Part shown: in pieces, positions 61,395-64,000 of the stretch
Layout: the number at the start of each line of letters is the position of its first letter
Position numbering within the stretch: position 1 is the stretch's first letter
NCBI GenBank assembly: GCA_009785545.1
Contig: WQWD01000001.1
Location: 1,344 to 65,343, forward strand
Direction: 5' to 3'
Origin: Treponema sp.
GTDB lineage: Bacteria; Spirochaetota; Spirochaetia; Treponematales; Breznakiellaceae
DNA: 64,000 nucleotides
Notes under the pieces: generated by a model
What the model was told of the DNA's origin: nothing
What the model saw: the letters and a program-made list of their open reading frames with translations, nothing else
Databases searched by the model: none
Program-made: the position numbers and the translations under genes

Positions 61395-64000
61395 TCACGG
61401 TATCCAAGGTCTGTCGTTGCTGAATTCAAGCCAGCTTATCGGGAAATCTTGACCTGTGAAAATCGTTGGTTGACCCCATACGATTTCTGTAAAACGTGTC
61501 AAATAATCTTCCGGGTTTCTTCCGGCAGCCTGGAAGTAATTTGGTCTATGACGGCGATGGTTTCCAAGTGCATCCATGCCATAAGCTGAGTTCATTGGAG
61601 ACACAGCGATAGGCGGATGGTATCTTTGGCGTTCCAGAAGACCATACATAAACACAAGCTCATATCCGCCGTCCCTTAATTGGGCTGCCTGAGTCAGGAT
61701 TTGAGTCCAGTTTGGCCGTACAGTAGTATCATGTCCATGACCTAAATCAATTGCCATTGGCGAATACATATATCGGGTTGCAGGACCTTCCCCTGTTCGA
61801 GCTAATTGGGAATTAGCAGTAAATGTGCCATAAAAAGGCTGTGTGGAATAGTCGATAAGATCTCCTACTCTACTGTGATTTACTCCGCTTCTCGGGCAAA
61901 CGATAGGGTCATTTAAGAAGAAACGATTCAACCAACCGTACTCATATACAGTGAGCATTTGTCTTCTGCCGGTTCTTTGCTGAATATCGTTAAGAACATA
62001 TCTCATTTCGGCAATGAATTCCATGGCATTATTTGCTTTAACTGTATTTCTCCAGTTAGTCGATTCAGTCACTTGAGCAGCAGTCACAAGAGAACCTCCA
62101 GCGTGCCCCCATCTGTTTCCTTCCGGCCATGTTACTCTATTAGTATTCTGTCCGGTTCCAGCTCCAAAACCAGGACCCATAACTCCTGCTGAAGCCGCAG
62201 GCAAGTTGGCAGTTGAATAGTAATTCCAGCGAGCATGACTTGCACCACATTCATTACACCAGCCGCTTGTCCACCAAAGTGTCTGGTACTGAGCGCCGCC
62301 GGCATTTGCCCATTCACAGTCAAGATCAACACCGTCAAGACCAAGTCTTTCTATTTCTTGACCAATTTGGGTTATCAATGCTGTGCGAGCCGCACGACTA
62401 AAGCGATAATATGGCTGGCCTTGATCATCCACCCAGTTAGCGGGAGGAGCCATACCACGATTACATCTGGCTGTAGTTTGAGGACCTAAGTGCGGATGTC
62501 CGGGGCCTGCCACAGGAGAAATGTCTTCATAAATCCAATCACCCATCGTTGTAAAGGAGAATCCGCCCCAGTCAGGAAGCAGACCCATGATTGCTCTTAT
62601 ACCTTGGGCTTGGATTGGTCTTATAAATGTGTCGACCTGACCTGCCATAGTCATACCGCCGCCATACATGAATGCATGATTGCCGTTAAAGTGCAGGTGA
62701 ATCCCAGTCTGATTACAGTCGTGATTTCTGAATTCCCTACCAGGATTTGCTGCTAACCAGGCCGCTCTTTCTGCAACACAGTCCCTGTCTCTAAGATTTG
62801 CGGCAAAGAGGATTACTGCGTCAAATATCGGTCTGCCGGCATTTCGTGCGGCAAAACCTGTAGCTTCAGGATCATTCCCAAGCGCATAGCTAAGCACAAC
62901 ACGAGGATCGGTTTGGTTCATTTCTATGTAGATGTAATTGAATATAGGCATACCTGTCAGGGTATTGAGTTTTATGTTACCTGTAGGTATCGGGATCATG
63001 TGCTCATCACTCCAACCTCTTTCAGTTCTTAGCTGCACCCACATCCAGTACACACTGGTATTGTGATAACGGCCGGGAAGCGCAAATGACGGGGATGCGA
63101 GGTTTATTGTTCCTGAATGCTCAACGGCTAACGAGCGCCTTCGTGCAAGTGTAGGTATGACATTGTCAGCTGTAGAATGCCAAACTCTATATTCAAGAAT
63201 ACCGGGGATACTATCCCATCCTACAGTTACCGCTACTCGCATTGCAGGATCTTGCGAATCTTGAGTAATTGTGGGCATTCGCAGAGACATCGGCAACGGT
63301 CGTGTGCGTGAAACAGGAGTAGACCATTCACTGTTTCCTTCTGAAGTAACAATCCTGACTCTCGCATGATATGTGAATCCAATCGTAGAGATGATGTTAT
63401 GAGAAGGAGTAGAGGATGTTACTTCTTCCGGATCAGAAAAGTCACTGTCAATATCGTATTCCAATGTATAGCTGATGGAAATACCGGGGTTATTTATAGT
63501 AGTCCATGATACCTCGATTACACCTGTTTCTGCATTGAAGGAATCTACAGTAAGCACAGGCACAGGCATCATAGTAACCTCTTCCCCTACAACCCATCCA
63601 CTCGGGCCGACTGCATTTATTGCACGAACCCAAATATGGTAATTTGCAAAATCAAACAATCCGGTAAGTGTTGTTCCGGTTGCTGTGATATTTGTTGTCC
63701 AAGGCTGTGCGGCTTCTGCGTCATTTGAAGTTCCGAATTTAACCTCGTGGGAGATCACTCCGATAACCGAAGGCCATGTTACTTCAATTGTACCGGGAGT
63801 GGTTCCGGTAGTCAGCGTAACAACCGGATCTGCTGCCTGTGCAAGGGTAGTGGCTGAACCTGCAAGAACCCAATCACTAGGACCGTGTGTATTCACTGCT
63901 CTCACCCAAACAAAATATTCAGTGCCGTTTGCAAGACCCGTAAGCGTTACAGAAGGTATATTTACTGATACTGGAGTTCCTGCTTCGCTTTCTACATTGG
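61395..64000 (-). CDS. Fibronectin-III repeats + GH18 endo-beta-N-acetylglucosaminidase (5' end outside window)
   Basis: Frame is open to base 64000. Fn3 units (TLTGL....Y..WVRA.N..GPS.W). YIEMNQTDP, FDAVILFAANL, IRPIQAQGIR and intact LDGVDLDCE. Confidence 0.85.
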   Translation of the reverse strand, partial: NVESEAGTPVSVNIPSVTLTGLANGTEYFVWVRAVNTHGPSDWVLAGSATTLAQAADPVVTLTTGTTPGTIEVTWPSVIGVISHEVKFGTSNDAEAAQPWTTNITATGTTLTGLFDFANYHIWVRAINAVGPSGWVVGEEVTMMPVPVLTVDSFNAETGVIEVSWTTINNPGISISYTLEYDIDSDFSDPEEVTSSTPSHNIISTIGFTYHARVRIVTSEGNSEWSTPVSRTRPLPMSLRMPTITQDSQDPAMRVAVTVGWDSIPGILEYRVWHSTADNVIPTLARRRSLAVEHSGTINLASPSFALPGRYHNTSVYWMWVQLRTERGWSDEHMIPIPTGNIKLNTLTGMPIFNYIYIEMNQTDPRVVLSYALGNDPEATGFAARNAGRPIFDAVILFAANLRDRDCVAERAAWLAANPGREFRNHDCNQTGIHLHFNGNHAFMYGGGMTMAGQVDTFIRPIQAQGIRAIMGLLPDWGGFSFTTMGDWIYEDISPVAGPGHPHLGPQTTARCNRGMAPPANWVDDQGQPYYRFSRAARTALITQIGQEIERLGLDGVDLDCEWANAGGAQYQTLWWTSGWCNECGASHARWNYYSTANLPAASAGVMGPGFGAGTGQNTNRVTWPEGNRWGHAGGSLVTAAQVTESTNWRNTVKANNAMEFIAEMRYVLNDIQQRTGRRQMLTVYEYGWLNRFFLNDPIVCPRSGVNHSRVGDLIDYSTQPFYGTFTANSQLARTGEGPATRYMYSPMAIDLGHGHDTTVRPNWTQILTQAAQLRDGGYELVFMYGLLERQRYHPPIAVSPMNSAYGMDALGNHRRHRPNYFQAAGRNPEDYLTRFTEIVWGQPTIFTGQDFPISWLEFSNDRPWIP

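Overview
Spirochaete chromosomal segment, most likely a termite-gut-type treponeme (inferred from the SpiroCoCo coiled-coil gene and spirochaetal lipoprotein signals). About 50 kb (1.1-50.0 kb) is one carbohydrate-utilisation locus whose enzymes point to type II arabinogalactan/AGP: two GH43_24-like lipoproteins, GH30, another GH43, GH51, GH2, GH106-like and DUF2264/GH154. It also holds about 12 modular Ig/LamG/discoidin lipoproteins, two predicted outer-membrane beta-barrels, a CotH-kinase lipoprotein, three sugar ABC permease/SBP sets without an ATPase, and a NarL-type two-component system. A six-copy operator (AAAAA-H-RGTACTTTWGTMAC) ties its operons together. After a short housekeeping block (HAD hydrolase, SpiroCoCo, UDG-like protein, AAA_14/DUF4143 ATPase, a 108-bp MITE-like element), a second locus with the same layout begins: GH18 endo-beta-N-acetylglucosaminidase, a third barrel paralogue, a catalytically degenerate GH18, TPR and LRR proteins. 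The best candidate for an undescribed system is a SusC/SusD-free, spirochaete PUL design in which barrel porins are flanked by enzyme/lectin lipoproteins. Nearly every exported protein is also almost lysine-free, unlike the cytoplasmic ones. No rRNA, tRNA, CRISPR array or intact transposase was seen. All family calls come from motifs read by eye, not database searches.
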